Positions 8,400 through 18,603 of a stretch of DNA of 43,538 nucleotides are shown here, piece by piece (the stretch's first letter is position 1; each line of letters starts with the position of its first letter). A program made the translations under genes and the position numbers. The notes beneath the pieces were generated by a model. It had not been told where the DNA came from, did not search any database, and saw nothing but the letters and a program-made list of their open reading frames with translations. Origin of the DNA: a virus (Duplodnaviria > Caudoviricetes); the IMG/VR virus record IMGVR_UViG_3300022181_000093, positions 1-43,538 of that record, one strand, 5' to 3'.

Positions 8400-11342
8400 T
8401 TACACCCACTGTTCCGGCGCTTTGTAGGTGCTGGAGAAGGATAGATCACTGAGCCACTTCCGGAAGAAGGCGTTGTCCTGGAACTGCTTGAAGAGCTCCA
8501 GATGATCGGACATCAGGTCCGTGAGGACCTTTTGCAGCACCGCGTCGTGTTCAATGCGGGAGGTCTGCCGGTCGCTGTTCTTCATGGTGTTCTGGTATCC
8601 TTCGTCGGCAGCCACCTTGGCCGGTATTCCCTCGGCGATGAGTCGGACGATTTTATCGGTGTCCTTCCAATCGATGTTCCCGAACTGATCGTTGAAGGTC
8701 TTGATAATGTTGCTCAGCCTCTCGAGCTCCGGTTCCGCTCCTCCCCGTCCTCCGGATACAGGAATCGGTTCAATTTCCCCCTCGGCATCGGGGAGAGCCA
8801 GCTCCATCGCCTTTTTCATCTCGGCGCGGTAACTTTCCATGTCGATGGCCTCCAGGATCCCCTTTGAAAGGTCCTTTTCAATGGGAGCAGGGAGCTTTGG
8901 GATGAGGAAGTTCAGGAAAATGGACAGCTTCTCCCATTCCGCCCTGGAGTAGGGAAGAATGGATGCCAGGAAACTGTAGGTGCGGACAAAGGCCTTTGCC
9001 TTTCCCTTGAAATCAACCTGTTCATCCTCGTCGAGTTCATTCAGATATTGCGCCACGCATGCATCGAGGATCGGATCAAGGGTGCTCCTGTCGTTCCCTC
9101 CGAGGTAGAGGCCTACAAGTTCGTCGACTGCCTCCGGGGAATACACCTGATGGCGGTCCAGGTCGTTCTTGAGGTCATGAAGTATATTCGGATCCGTCTC
9201 CTTGCTGAGGATTGTGGTTCGGTAGTACGGTGCGAAGGAGAAGGCGATCGTGTCGGAGCTGTTGCAGAAATCCAGGATGAACGTGTCCCGCTTCTGCGGA
9301 TGGGCCCGGTTGAGGCGGGAAAGGGTCTGTACCGCCTTGATTCCAGAAAGAGGCTTGTCCACATACATGGTGTGAAGGAGCGGTTCGTCGTAGCCCGTCT
9401 GGAACTTGTCGGCCACGATGAGGAATCGGTAAGGATCCTCCCGGAACTTCTCCGGAATGAGGTTGCTCGGGAAGCCGTTCAGGCCAGCCTCCGTCATTGT
9501 TGTGCCCAGGAATTCGTGTTCTCCCGAAAAAGCGATGATTGCCTTCCAGGGGCTTTTCCGGTCTCTCAAATACTCCCTGAAGGAAAAAAAGTAGTGAATA
9601 GCCCGCCGTATCCCTCCAGTGACCACCATCGCCCGCGCTTTCCCGCCGATCTTCTGGCGGTCGATCACCTGCTCGTGGAAATGATCCACCATGATCTCGG
9701 CCTTCTTGCGGATGGCGTACTCGTGGTTTTCGACGTATAAGCGAAGCTTCTTCTTCGCTTTGTTCACGTCGAATTCCGGGTCATCCTCCACCTTTTTCAT
9801 GAGGCGGTAATAGCTTTCCACAGGGGTGTAGCTTTTCAGCACGTCCAGGATAAAGCCCTCCTGGATGGCCTGCTTCATGGAATAGCTGTGGAAGGGGTAG
9901 TGCCTGACCGTTCCGTCAGGCTGAGGGTCAGGTTCTCCGAAGATCTGCAGCGTTTTGTTCTTCGGTGTCGCCGTGAAGGCGAAATAGCTCGCGTTGGAGA
10001 GCATCTTTCGCCCTTCCATGATCCTGATGATCTCGTCCTCAACGTCCACATCCGCGTCGACGAGGACCTGATTCATGGCGGCGGTGGCCCGTCCCCCCTG
10101 GCTCGAATGGGCCTCGTCGATGATGATGGCGAAACGGCTGCCGCTTTGGTCTCCGCCAATAGCGTCCAGGATGAAGGGGAATTTCTGCACCGTGGTGATG
10201 ATGATCTTCTTCCCCCGCGTCAGGAGGTCCCGCAGTTCGGCGGAGCTGTTCGCATGCCCCACGATGGAGGAGACCTGGGCGAACTGCTTGATGGTATTTT
10301 GAATCTGCTGGTCGAGAACCCGGCGGTCCGTGACCACGATGACTGAATCGAAGGCCGGAGTTCCGTTATGCTCCAGCCCCACGAGCTGATGGGCCAGCCA
10401 GGCGATAGAGTTGCTTTTTCCGCTCCCCGCGGAGTGCTGGATCAGATATCGCCTCCCGACGCCGGTCCCCCCCCCGGCGTCTTCGAGGAGCCTGCGCACG
10501 GCCGTCAACTGGTGGTACCGGGGGAAAATCTGCATTCTCTTTTTCCGGCTGCTGTTTTCTATTTTTTCTTCGAGCACCTGGGCGTAGTTTTCCAGGATAT
10601 CGGTGAGGCTCTTCTTTGAAAGGATTTCTTTCCAGAGGTAGTCCGTGGCCAGCCCCGAAGGGTTGGGAGGATTCCCCGCGCCGTCGTCCCATCCCTTGTT
10701 GAAGGGAAGGAACCACGAGTTCTTTCCCTTGAGGTGAGTACACATCCACACCTCCTGATCATCCACGGCGAAATGTACCGCACACCGGCCCAGGGTGAAG
10801 AGAGGCTCCCTTTCATCCCGGTCGCGCTTGTACTGCTGGATGGCATCCTCAACCGTCTGTTTCGTAAGGCGGTTCTTGAGCTCGAACGTGGCGACCGGAA
10901 GACCGTTGATGAAGATGGCCAGGTCAAGAGACAGGGCTGTCTCGCTTCGGCTGAAATGAAGCTGCCGGGTCACGCTGAAGATATTGGCCTCGAAGCGCCT
11001 GGCGGCCATGTCGTTTCCCCTGCTCGGCGTTCCGAAGAAAAGGTCGAGGGAGGCCGGACCGTGGCTGATCCCCTTCCGGAGGACGTCAATAACGCCCCGT
11101 TTGTTGATTTCTCCCTGGAGGCGATGGAGAAACTGCATCCGGGCCGGGCCTTCCGGGGCGATGCCGAGCTGTTTCACGGCTTCCGGTTGGGTGGCAGATA
11201 AAAACTCGAGCATCTTCGGGAAGTCGACAGCGTACTCCCGGTCATAGTCCTTCGGATCCCCCTGAACGTACCCGCCCTCATTCACGAGGGAGGACACGAT
11301 GAGGGATTCAAGCCCCTTTTCGCTTGTGTCGGTCGGTGTCAT
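8400..11342 (-). CDS. hsdR: Type I restriction enzyme subunit R
   Basis: D..IFINGLP...ELK nuclease motif; HSAGSGKS Walker A; DEAH; FTATP; TGYDEP; QTLSRLNR. Confidence 0.96.
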   Translation of the reverse strand: MTPTDTSEKGLESLIVSSLVNEGGYVQGDPKDYDREYAVDFPKMLEFLSATQPEAVKQLGIAPEGPARMQFLHRLQGEINKRGVIDVLRKGISHGPASLDLFFGTPSRGNDMAARRFEANIFSVTRQLHFSRSETALSLDLAIFINGLPVATFELKNRLTKQTVEDAIQQYKRDRDEREPLFTLGRCAVHFAVDDQEVWMCTHLKGKNSWFLPFNKGWDDGAGNPPNPSGLATDYLWKEILSKKSLTDILENYAQVLEEKIENSSRKKRMQIFPRYHQLTAVRRLLEDAGGGTGVGRRYLIQHSAGSGKSNSIAWLAHQLVGLEHNGTPAFDSVIVVTDRRVLDQQIQNTIKQFAQVSSIVGHANSSAELRDLLTRGKKIIITTVQKFPFILDAIGGDQSGSRFAIIIDEAHSSQGGRATAAMNQVLVDADVDVEDEIIRIMEGRKMLSNASYFAFTATPKNKTLQIFGEPDPQPDGTVRHYPFHSYSMKQAIQEGFILDVLKSYTPVESYYRLMKKVEDDPEFDVNKAKKKLRLYVENHEYAIRKKAEIMVDHFHEQVIDRQKIGGKARAMVVTGGIRRAIHYFFSFREYLRDRKSPWKAIIAFSGEHEFLGTTMTEAGLNGFPSNLIPEKFREDPYRFLIVADKFQTGYDEPLLHTMYVDKPLSGIKAVQTLSRLNRAHPQKRDTFILDFCNSSDTIAFSFAPYYRTTILSKETDPNILHDLKNDLDRHQVYSPEAVDELVGLYLGGNDRSTLDPILDACVAQYLNELDEDEQVDFKGKAKAFVRTYSFLASILPYSRAEWEKLSIFLNFLIPKLPAPIEKDLSKGILEAIDMESYRAEMKKAMELALPDAEGEIEPIPVSGGRGGAEPELERLSNIIKTFNDQFGNIDWKDTDKIVRLIAEGIPAKVAADEGYQNTMKNSDRQTSRIEHDAVLQKVLTDLMSDHLELFKQFQDNAFFRKWLSDLSFSSTYKAPEQWV

Positions 11343-11495
11343 AGCCCCTCCATCAGATCTCCGTTAATGTATGATGGTCCTGTAAACCTCACTCCACGTA
11401 ATTTTCCACGAACTTGGCCCCACGCCGGACCAACGAATCCAGCAAGAATCCTGTATAAAAGCCACGCCGAAAAAGCCTTCTGCTCCGGCCGAAAT

Positions 11496-12887
11496 TTACT
11501 CGTCCGCTTCTCCGTCCTCGTCTCCCGGGATTTCCACTTCGGAAAGTCCTTCTTCGCCTTCCGCTTCTTCCTCCGGCGCCAGGAGCTCTTCCTCGGAAAT
11601 TTCCGGGACGTCGATGTCCCTCACGTCAACCTTTCCCGTGACCACATCGGAAATAAGCCTGGTGCGGTATTCGGTCATCAGCTCGATTTCGCGCTCGGCA
11701 CGGGAAATGGCACGGTCAATTTCAAGCGACTTAGAATCAATATAGTCGACTATCAATTGCTGCTCATCTTTAGGTGGGTATGAAAACCTAATGTTTCCAA
11801 TAAATTCCCAATCTGCACGTGGCATTTTTGCACCATATGTCGAGCTGCTAACTAAATCAATTATGCTTTTTGATCGCAATTTATATTCTGTAAACTTCGG
11901 AGCAATCCTCTTATCAATGCTACGAAGAACCAAAAACTCACCTACGCAAACACCAGAACAGCAGGGGCTTGCTACCTTTGCGAGATATGGCCGTAATTTA
12001 CCGAAAAGAATATCCTCTTTCTGAAAGCACTTAACCTGACTATCTATAGGGGCATCGACCTCTGAAAAAAGTATTCGACCTGTCCAAGGTTCAACGTGTT
12101 CAAGTGCAATGTAAGTTTCCCGAGAATTTTTATTCATTGTTTGATCATTAATGTTTTGTGTTATGTTTTTTAATCTCTTTATCTCCCAATGCTCGGGAAT
12201 ATCGCCCAGCCACTCCACTCCGCTGGGCTTGAGTTTGACCTTCGGATCAAGACCCCTGGTCACGGTCCGGTTGATGATGTTCTGCTTCTGCTCCTTGAGT
12301 AGCCTGATCAGCCGTCGTTTGTTGCGGAGAAAGCGGGAAATTTTTCTATCAAGTGATTTAACGACATCAACAATGTGATTTTGCTCTGCAAGGGGAGGGA
12401 GCGATATCGGAATTGCTCCGAAGCGATCAGTATAGAGACGAAGAAAGCCAGAGCTCCCGGTGCCCATGCCTTTTGATTCTTTCCGAAAAATCGTTTTCAT
12501 AAGCGGTGTCTGGAAGAAACGAACTAAATAATCCAGATTCACAGGTTTTTGGGGTTGGAAAACAGCATAATCTGGGCTTACAAGGCCATGAGAATATGAC
12601 GCAGCGAAGAGGCCAATTGACGCTCTCATTCGATTCATGACAATTAGCCCAGGGCGGACAATTTTATAACCTACGAGGTCTTCGTATTTAATAGGTTTAT
12701 CCGATACTTCGCTGTGAATGATAAGCCCTTTTGTTTGGCGCATGGAAAAAAGTGGCTCCATCCCGTTTTCTGTCCGCAAATCAATTTCTCTGAGCAAATG
12801 CTTAATTCTAAAACGCGGCCAGTTGCATTTGTTGCAAATACCAGCATTCTGATCCTCATTAATCTCGCTGGTATAAGGCAGCCTCAT
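11496..12887 (-). CDS. hsdS: Type I restriction-modification specificity subunit
   Basis: Two AT-rich variable TRDs separated by conserved PPL.EQ..I helices and SGVEWLGDIPEHW; overlaps the hsdM stop. Confidence 0.95.
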   Translation of the reverse strand: MRLPYTSEINEDQNAGICNKCNWPRFRIKHLLREIDLRTENGMEPLFSMRQTKGLIIHSEVSDKPIKYEDLVGYKIVRPGLIVMNRMRASIGLFAASYSHGLVSPDYAVFQPQKPVNLDYLVRFFQTPLMKTIFRKESKGMGTGSSGFLRLYTDRFGAIPISLPPLAEQNHIVDVVKSLDRKISRFLRNKRRLIRLLKEQKQNIINRTVTRGLDPKVKLKPSGVEWLGDIPEHWEIKRLKNITQNINDQTMNKNSRETYIALEHVEPWTGRILFSEVDAPIDSQVKCFQKEDILFGKLRPYLAKVASPCCSGVCVGEFLVLRSIDKRIAPKFTEYKLRSKSIIDLVSSSTYGAKMPRADWEFIGNIRFSYPPKDEQQLIVDYIDSKSLEIDRAISRAEREIELMTEYRTRLISDVVTGKVDVRDIDVPEISEEELLAPEEEAEGEEGLSEVEIPGDEDGEADE

Positions 12888-15019
12888 ATTTCCGCCTCCC
12901 CGATAATCGCCTCGAGCAGCCCGTCAGTCTCCCTCTCCAGGGCAAGGATGTCAGCCCTGATCTCCTCCAGGGTGCGCAGGGGCTCGGGCTTGTAGAAGTG
13001 CTTCGTGAAGGAGATTTCATACCCGATCTGTGTCTTGCCTTCGTCGATCCAGGCATCCGGGACGTAGGGGAGCACTTCCCGTCGGAAGAATGCCTCGATG
13101 CCGCCATCTTCGAGCAGCGGTATCTGCTCGGTATCCCTAAGGTTCGTATCCGGCTCATACTCGACCACGCAGGCCCTGCCGTTCACCTCGGCCTCGAAAA
13201 GGCCACGGAACGGGTCCGACGTCGCCTTGCCGGGCTTGGAAATCTTTTTGAACACCGGAGCGGCCTCCTCGCAAACTTCGCACAGTTCTCCCTGCAGGAG
13301 TTTCTTTCGCTTTGCCGTCAGGGTGATTCCATGTTTTTGTGCGCCGGTTTCGCACTCCTTCATGAAGGCGTTGAAGTCCAGGTGCCGTGTCTCCCCGGTT
13401 GAGGCTGCCACATGGCGGACCAGATTGAAGAGGGGAGCGTCGTCTTCTTCGGTACATAGGGTTTCGAACCGTTCCAGGCGTTCCCGGGTGAGGTCCACGG
13501 CGAGGCGCAGGGGCCGTTCCACGGTGACCTTCCAGTAGCCGAAGGCCTCGTTGGGGAAGATCTTCGACCGTTCCGTTTCCTGGGGATTCACGATCAGGTT
13601 GCAGATGGTCCGGATATGCTCCTCGGAAAGCTCGCAGTTTTTCTTTCCCAGGTTGCGGCGCAGGGGCTCGTACCATTTGCTGGCATCGATGAGCTGCACC
13701 TTGCCCCGCCGTTCTTCGCTCTTTCTGTTGCTTAGGAGCCAGATGTACGTGGCGATGCCGGTGTTATAAAACGTGTTCTCCGGCAGGGCGACGATGGCTT
13801 CAAGCCAGTCGTTCTCCAGGATCCACCGGCGGATGTTGCTCTCCCCCTGACCGGCGTCACCGGTGAAGAGAGATGATCCGTTGTGGACCTCGGCGATCCT
13901 GCTTCCGAGCTTCGTGTCCCTCTTCATCTTGGAGAGCTTGTTCACCAGGAACATGAGCTGTCCGTCGCTCGACCGGGTGATCATGGAGAACTCCGGATCG
14001 TCGGCATGCTGGGTGACAAAGCGGGGGTCCCGAATGTTGGCCTTTCCTCCCAGGCGTTCGAGGTCGGTCTTCCAGTTTTTTCCATAGGGAGGATTGGAGA
14101 GCATGAAGTCGAACTCCAGTGACGGGAAGGCATCGGAGGAGAGGGTAGATCCGTATTTGATGTTGTCAGCCTGCGCCCCCTCCCCCTTGAGGAGAAGATC
14201 GGCCTTCGCGATGGCGTAGGTCTCGGGCTGGATCTCCTGTCCGTAAAGGTGAATGTTGATGTTCTTTCCGTGCTCGGCCGCCAGTTCCATAAGGCGCTCT
14301 TCAGCCACGGTGAGCATTCCTCCGGTTCCACAGGCGCCGTCATAGACAAGGTAGGCTGAGGACTCCATTTTGTCGGCGATGGGGAGGAAGATCATATCCG
14401 CCATGAGCCGGACCACATCCCGGGGGGTGAAGTGCTCTCCGGCCTCTTCGTTGTTCTCCTCGTTGAAGCGCCGGATCAGCTCCTCGAAAATGGTCCCCAT
14501 GGCGTGATTGTCCAGCCCGGGCTGCAGGAGATTTCCCCTCCCGTCGAGAAGGGGCCTGGGACTGAGGTTCATCCGGGGATCTATGAATTTTTCTATGAGA
14601 GGGCCGAGGATGTCCGCGTCCACCAGCGTGGGAATCTGGTTTCGGAACTTGAACTTCTCCAGAATCTCCTGCACGTTGGGAGAAAAACCGTTGAGGTATT
14701 CTTCGAAGTCTGTCCTGAGCTGCTGGCGTTTTGCCCTGGATCTCAGGTCTTTCAGAGTGAAGGGGGACGCATTGTAGAAAGGCTCTCCGGACGCCCTGCA
14801 CAGGGCCGCGTGCTGGTTTGAAATGCCAGCGCCGTCGAGCTGCTTTTTCATCTTCAGCACGTCGTCCTTGGAAGGTTCAAGAAGAACGTCGAGGCGGCGG
14901 ATGACGGTCATGGGGAGGATAACATCGCGGTACTTTCCCCGGACATAGACATCTCTCAGGACATCGTCGGCGATGCCCCAGATGAAGTTAATGATGGCGT
15001 TGTAGGACGAATAGTTCAT
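12884..15019 (-). CDS. hsdM: Type I restriction-modification methyltransferase subunit
   Basis: IW.IADD.LR, GEHFTPR, YDGACGTGG (SAM motif) and NPPY catalytic motif. Confidence 0.96.
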   Translation of the reverse strand: MNYSSYNAIINFIWGIADDVLRDVYVRGKYRDVILPMTVIRRLDVLLEPSKDDVLKMKKQLDGAGISNQHAALCRASGEPFYNASPFTLKDLRSRAKRQQLRTDFEEYLNGFSPNVQEILEKFKFRNQIPTLVDADILGPLIEKFIDPRMNLSPRPLLDGRGNLLQPGLDNHAMGTIFEELIRRFNEENNEEAGEHFTPRDVVRLMADMIFLPIADKMESSAYLVYDGACGTGGMLTVAEERLMELAAEHGKNINIHLYGQEIQPETYAIAKADLLLKGEGAQADNIKYGSTLSSDAFPSLEFDFMLSNPPYGKNWKTDLERLGGKANIRDPRFVTQHADDPEFSMITRSSDGQLMFLVNKLSKMKRDTKLGSRIAEVHNGSSLFTGDAGQGESNIRRWILENDWLEAIVALPENTFYNTGIATYIWLLSNRKSEERRGKVQLIDASKWYEPLRRNLGKKNCELSEEHIRTICNLIVNPQETERSKIFPNEAFGYWKVTVERPLRLAVDLTRERLERFETLCTEEDDAPLFNLVRHVAASTGETRHLDFNAFMKECETGAQKHGITLTAKRKKLLQGELCEVCEEAAPVFKKISKPGKATSDPFRGLFEAEVNGRACVVEYEPDTNLRDTEQIPLLEDGGIEAFFRREVLPYVPDAWIDEGKTQIGYEISFTKHFYKPEPLRTLEEIRADILALERETDGLLEAIIGEAEI

Positions 15020-15246
15020 GGCGTGATGGACCGTCTCCTTTTCGGCCCCCAGAAAGTTTTTTGACCCGCCTGGAAAGAAATCGCAGAGCGTTGAAAAAAC
15101 TAAATGAGAAAGAGCCTGCTATTTTAGAAAGTATCGTACGGCCGGTTCAGCATAGCGACCGCATGCTGTGCCTGGGCCAGGGAGCGGAACTGCGCCGATG
15201 TATTCCACTCGGCGAACGGACCACCATAGAAATTTATCGCGATGGC

Positions 15247-15735
15247 CTAAACGTCAAAATGCAGAAATATTTTTTTTGTTAACAAATTTGTTAAATAACC
15301 AATGATACCAAGAACTATGCCATCTAGAATAAAAAGTGTTTTAAAAGAGAATAAACCTTTCAATGCCAAGTAAACATGGGAGAAGAGAGTTATAAGTGCG
15401 ATTTTTAGCACAAAATGAGTTGAAAGTTTTAAAAAACGAATATACCCCGTCGGTAAGCTAAAAAAATGGGAAAATATGTCGTCTGAAATTTGTAGGATGT
15501 CGTTGAATTTTTTGGCGAAAATGGTCCAAAAGAATAGGATGGCGCCTATAAAGCAACACAAAAGTTCTACTATAAGAAGAAGCCGAATGTTTGTAATGCT
15601 GATGTTAAAAATAATGAAGGAAATGCCAGCTAAACAAGTCAGTATAAGAGAAAGAAAAAAGTGCTCTCTTTGCATATATATCTCAAAGAGTCTTATTTTT
15701 TCATCATTGGTTATTTGGTCAAGCAAAATGCTCAC
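15247..15735 (-). CDS. AT-rich hypothetical integral membrane protein (about 4 TM)
   Basis: Highly hydrophobic ORF with AGGAG RBS; markedly AT-rich. Confidence 0.7.
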   Translation of the reverse strand: MSILLDQITNDEKIRLFEIYMQREHFFLSLILTCLAGISFIIFNISITNIRLLLIVELLCCFIGAILFFWTIFAKKFNDILQISDDIFSHFFSLPTGYIRFLKLSTHFVLKIALITLFSHVYLALKGLFSFKTLFILDGIVLGIIGYLTNLLTKKIFLHFDV

Positions 15736-15841
15736 TCCTTGATGGAAGGAAAATGCTGATACTGGTTGTGATTTTTGCCGATCATAGCTTGTTTTTCCCC
15801 TGGTGCCATTAAAATTTAGCCAATTTGGTTATTGTTTCAAT

Positions 15842-16429
15842 TTACTTTGCCCCTGGCGACCATGAATGCCCGCATCGGAGACAGGTAATGAGGATTTTTT
15901 TGCTTCCTACGAATCCGCCGAGCAATCCCACAGGACCCAGCAACACACCGCCGATAGCGGCATTTCCCAGACCATACCCTTTGGTATTCGCGGTGAGTTG
16001 GGGAGACCCGCACTTCGGGCAGCGGATCTCTGCGTCAGGGTCATATTTGACTTGAAGAGGAAGAAGGGCTTCCTCTCTTTTTTGCCTTTCAGTTTTTTGC
16101 TGTTCTCGTTCTTCCAGAATTTCCTGCTTTCTTTGCCGGAATGACTGGAGCTGAGCCAGAATTTCAGGCGTGGCCCCTTCCTTTTCAACCCGTTTAATCC
16201 ACTTGTTTCTCACCCCGGAATCAATGATCCGGTTTCTTTCGAGATCGTTGAATTCTTCGATGATGGGCATTTTGGCAGGAGTATTTGCCGGTGCGGAGGC
16301 TTCCCTGATCGCGAGGTCAACATCCATCCCGGGTCCTTCGCGGATCAGCCTTTTTTCAAGTTCCGAGCACACATCTCCGGGCAACCCGGAATTCCGTATC
16401 TTCATTATGAGATCGGAGATGTTGGGCAA
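15842..16429 (-). CDS. Hypothetical protein with coiled coil and C-terminal Zn ribbon split by a Gly-rich hydrophobic segment
   Basis: CPKCGS...GGVLLGPVGLLGG...CLRCGH. TTG start at 16429 chosen from the GGAGG RBS. Confidence 0.75.
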   Translation of the reverse strand: MPNISDLIMKIRNSGLPGDVCSELEKRLIREGPGMDVDLAIREASAPANTPAKMPIIEEFNDLERNRIIDSGVRNKWIKRVEKEGATPEILAQLQSFRQRKQEILEEREQQKTERQKREEALLPLQVKYDPDAEIRCPKCGSPQLTANTKGYGLGNAAIGGVLLGPVGLLGGFVGSKKILITCLRCGHSWSPGAK

Positions 16430-16477
16430 AGAAAAACCTCCTTCCAAAGATGTCGTTCTCGAAGTATTGCTAGGACA

Positions 16478-16822
16478 CTAATACAGGATCCAGTAGAGTT
16501 TGTTCGCCTTCTTGATCTTCGCAGGATCTCCCTGGAGGATAATTGATTTCACCTTTGCCTCGCCACCCGGAGGAATGATCGAAATGTCGATGAATGTCTC
16601 GCCCAGGATTTCATCCCGGAGCGATGCAAAAGACAGGCTTGCAGCGAAACGGACCGGTTTGCTGTTGTTGTTTTCGATGGTCACGTAAACGTAGTTTCCC
16701 TGGATCTTCAGATCGTCGTATTCCATCCCGGGGGCGCCGGGGATATCGCCGAAAGACATGAGCGCGTGGGCAGGAATGACGAAAAGCGCGAGGACGAAAA
16801 GGGCGGCAATGAATCGTTTCAT
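16478..16822 (-). CDS. Exported protein (signal peptide, Ig-like beta domain)
   Basis: MKRFIAALFVLALFVIPAHA signal peptide; strong AAGGAGG RBS. Confidence 0.8.
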   Translation of the reverse strand: MKRFIAALFVLALFVIPAHALMSFGDIPGAPGMEYDDLKIQGNYVYVTIENNNSKPVRFAASLSFASLRDEILGETFIDISIIPPGGEAKVKSIILQGDPAKIKKANKLYWILY

Positions 16823-16903
16823 GGTATATACCCTCCTCCTTTAATGTCGATCTTTTCGATGGAAACGGAATCTCCTTCCCATCAGCGGACTTTGCCTGTC
16901 AAT

Positions 16904-17440
16904 TTACTCCCAGGGGCTTTTCCCTAAACCTTTTCTGATGCCGTTGAGTGCTTTCAGAGAGGGGATATGGTATATCTGCACCATATAGCCGTTTCCCACA
17001 TCAATCCCCTTTACCAGTACGGCTCCCTTGATATTCCACTCATAAATTCCATATCTTGTGTTGGTACTAATTTTTCTGGAAGGAGGTCCCAGGTTATCGA
17101 GAAGGGTTGATACTGCGTTGTCTTTGCTGGTCAGATCGAATTGAACCCCCATGAGCCGGTTTTTATGAGTCCAAAAGATCGGCTGAACCCAGGCATTGTG
17201 TTTTTTTGCAGAAATACCTATGAGTTGAAAGTATTCCGGAGAAATGATTGTGTAAAAAGACGGTTCTCCTTTTTCCTCAGGCTCGCCGCAGTGCTGCAAA
17301 TTGTATCCTTTCGCGTTGCTGATGGGATCACCCCATTTTAAGCCTGGTACTCCTTGCGATATGTCCGTCGCAGCCGCAGGAATTCCAATTGCCAATGAAG
17401 CCAAAATGACAATAGTGAGGAGAATGCTTTTCACGATCAT
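16904..17440 (-). CDS. Exported hypothetical protein
   Basis: MIVKSILLTIVILASLAIGIPAAA signal peptide; AAGGAGG RBS; directly downstream of the repressor. Confidence 0.78.
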   Translation of the reverse strand: MIVKSILLTIVILASLAIGIPAAATDISQGVPGLKWGDPISNAKGYNLQHCGEPEEKGEPSFYTIISPEYFQLIGISAKKHNAWVQPIFWTHKNRLMGVQFDLTSKDNAVSTLLDNLGPPSRKISTNTRYGIYEWNIKGAVLVKGIDVGNGYMVQIYHIPSLKALNGIRKGLGKSPWE

Positions 17441-17476
17441 ACCTCCTTTTTGTTTTGCCAAATGCCCCAAGCTGCA

Positions 17477-18196
17477 TTATGGTCTGTGATCCAATTCCAA
17501 ATCCGCCTTTACGATTTTACCCCTTATTTTGACATATTCAATTTCAATATCTTCCCGCGTGTAGGCAATTTCCCTTCCGTCTGAGGAGGCCAAGCGCCCT
17601 CCCCCGTCCGGCCGGGGATAGATTTTCTTGATGACCGGGTTCCCGCTGATTTCCACGAGCACCAGATTTCCCGGTAAAACGTCTGCCGCTGGGTTAACTA
17701 TCACGACCGTTTCCGGTGGTATTCCAAAATCCACCATGCTGGAACCATCGGTATTGATTGCGAAAGGCGGACAGTAGGGATCGATTGGACCGAGCTTGTG
17801 CTTTGCTATGACCTCGAAGTCTTCTGGGATGTAGTCAGTTATTTCTCCATAGGCCACGCCGATACCTCCGCAGTGGGCTGTGTATTCAGCCGAAATCCTA
17901 GGCACGAAGACCAGGTTGTTTAAGGAGAACAGCCCTCCGGGGAGAGAGGTGAACTTGGCGGCCCACTCCCGAGCCAACTGGGAGAGTGTGACGGGAGTGT
18001 CGTTATCTTCTAGGAGATAGGCGGCGGAGACGCCCAAAGCGGCGGCTATTTTTTTAAGCTCCTCAACTTTTGGAGAGCGATCACCACGTTCATACCTTGC
18101 AATCGTTTCGGCTGAAAGACCTACCGATTCTGCCAAATCAGAGCGCTCCCACCCTTTCGCTTTTCTTGCCTCTTCCATGCGGCTCGTCTTTTTCAT
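17477..18196 (-). CDS. CI-like phage repressor (XRE HTH + S24 peptidase)
   Basis: HTH LAESVGLSAETIARYERG; GSSM catalytic Ser and VIKK Lys; divergent from the cro-like gene. Confidence 0.92.
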   Translation of the reverse strand: MKKTSRMEEARKAKGWERSDLAESVGLSAETIARYERGDRSPKVEELKKIAAALGVSAAYLLEDNDTPVTLSQLAREWAAKFTSLPGGLFSLNNLVFVPRISAEYTAHCGGIGVAYGEITDYIPEDFEVIAKHKLGPIDPYCPPFAINTDGSSMVDFGIPPETVVIVNPAADVLPGNLVLVEISGNPVIKKIYPRPDGGGRLASSDGREIAYTREDIEIEYVKIRGKIVKADLELDHRP

Positions 18197-18226
18197 TTTT
18201 CTATCCCCTCTCCATACTAGAGGGAA

Positions 18227-18337
18227 ACTACCATTCAGTAGTGAGAATAGCAATGACAATTTAGTCGTTGTCAATACCATCAAATGGTAGTAAATAGCGA
18301 TTTACCCTCTTGACACTATCGAATGGTAGTGTATAGT
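18227..18337. promoter_or_regulatory. Lysis/lysogeny switch: three 16-bp operators and divergent promoters
   Basis: Operators ACTACTGAATGGTAGT (18227-18242, minus), ACCATCAAATGGTAGT (18276-18291) and ACTATCGAATGGTAGT (18315-18330). Rightward TTGACA(18310)-16-TATAGT. Leftward TTGACA(18274) with TGC-TATTCT. Confidence 0.8.
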
Positions 18338-18372
18338 GTGTTTTATATGCTACTGAAAGGTGGTGATGACGA

Positions 18373-18603
18373 ATGGAAGCTATCAAACGGTATAGGGAAA
18401 AGGCAGGATTTTCTAGAATCGAGCTTGCCGAACGGTTGCACATCCACGAAGAAAGCCTCGCCAGGTATGAAAGAGGGGAGAGAGACCCATCGAGCTCCCT
18501 AATCAAAGACATGGCAACTCTGTTTGGTTGTACCACTGACGACCTTCTAAACCCTTCTCCTGCCCCCGTACAGCCGGGGGAGAAGGAAAGCAAGACGGCG
18601 TGA
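18373..18603 (+). CDS. Cro-like XRE HTH regulator
   Basis: IKRYREKAGFSRIELAERLHIHEESLARYERG; short and divergent from cI. Confidence 0.9.
   Translation: MEAIKRYREKAGFSRIELAERLHIHEESLARYERGERDPSSSLIKDMATLFGCTTDDLLNPSPAPVQPGEKESKTA

Noticed and set aside
11343-11495. CCACG motifs repeated in the hsdS-hsdR gap
   Set aside because: Irregular spacing, only 5-8 bp, and no inverted repeats or recombinase to suggest an hsdS shufflon.
15061-15282. 73-aa plus-strand ORF between hsdM and the membrane gene
   Set aside because: TTG start without RBS, opposes all neighbours, overlaps the likely hsdM promoter region and has no motif.
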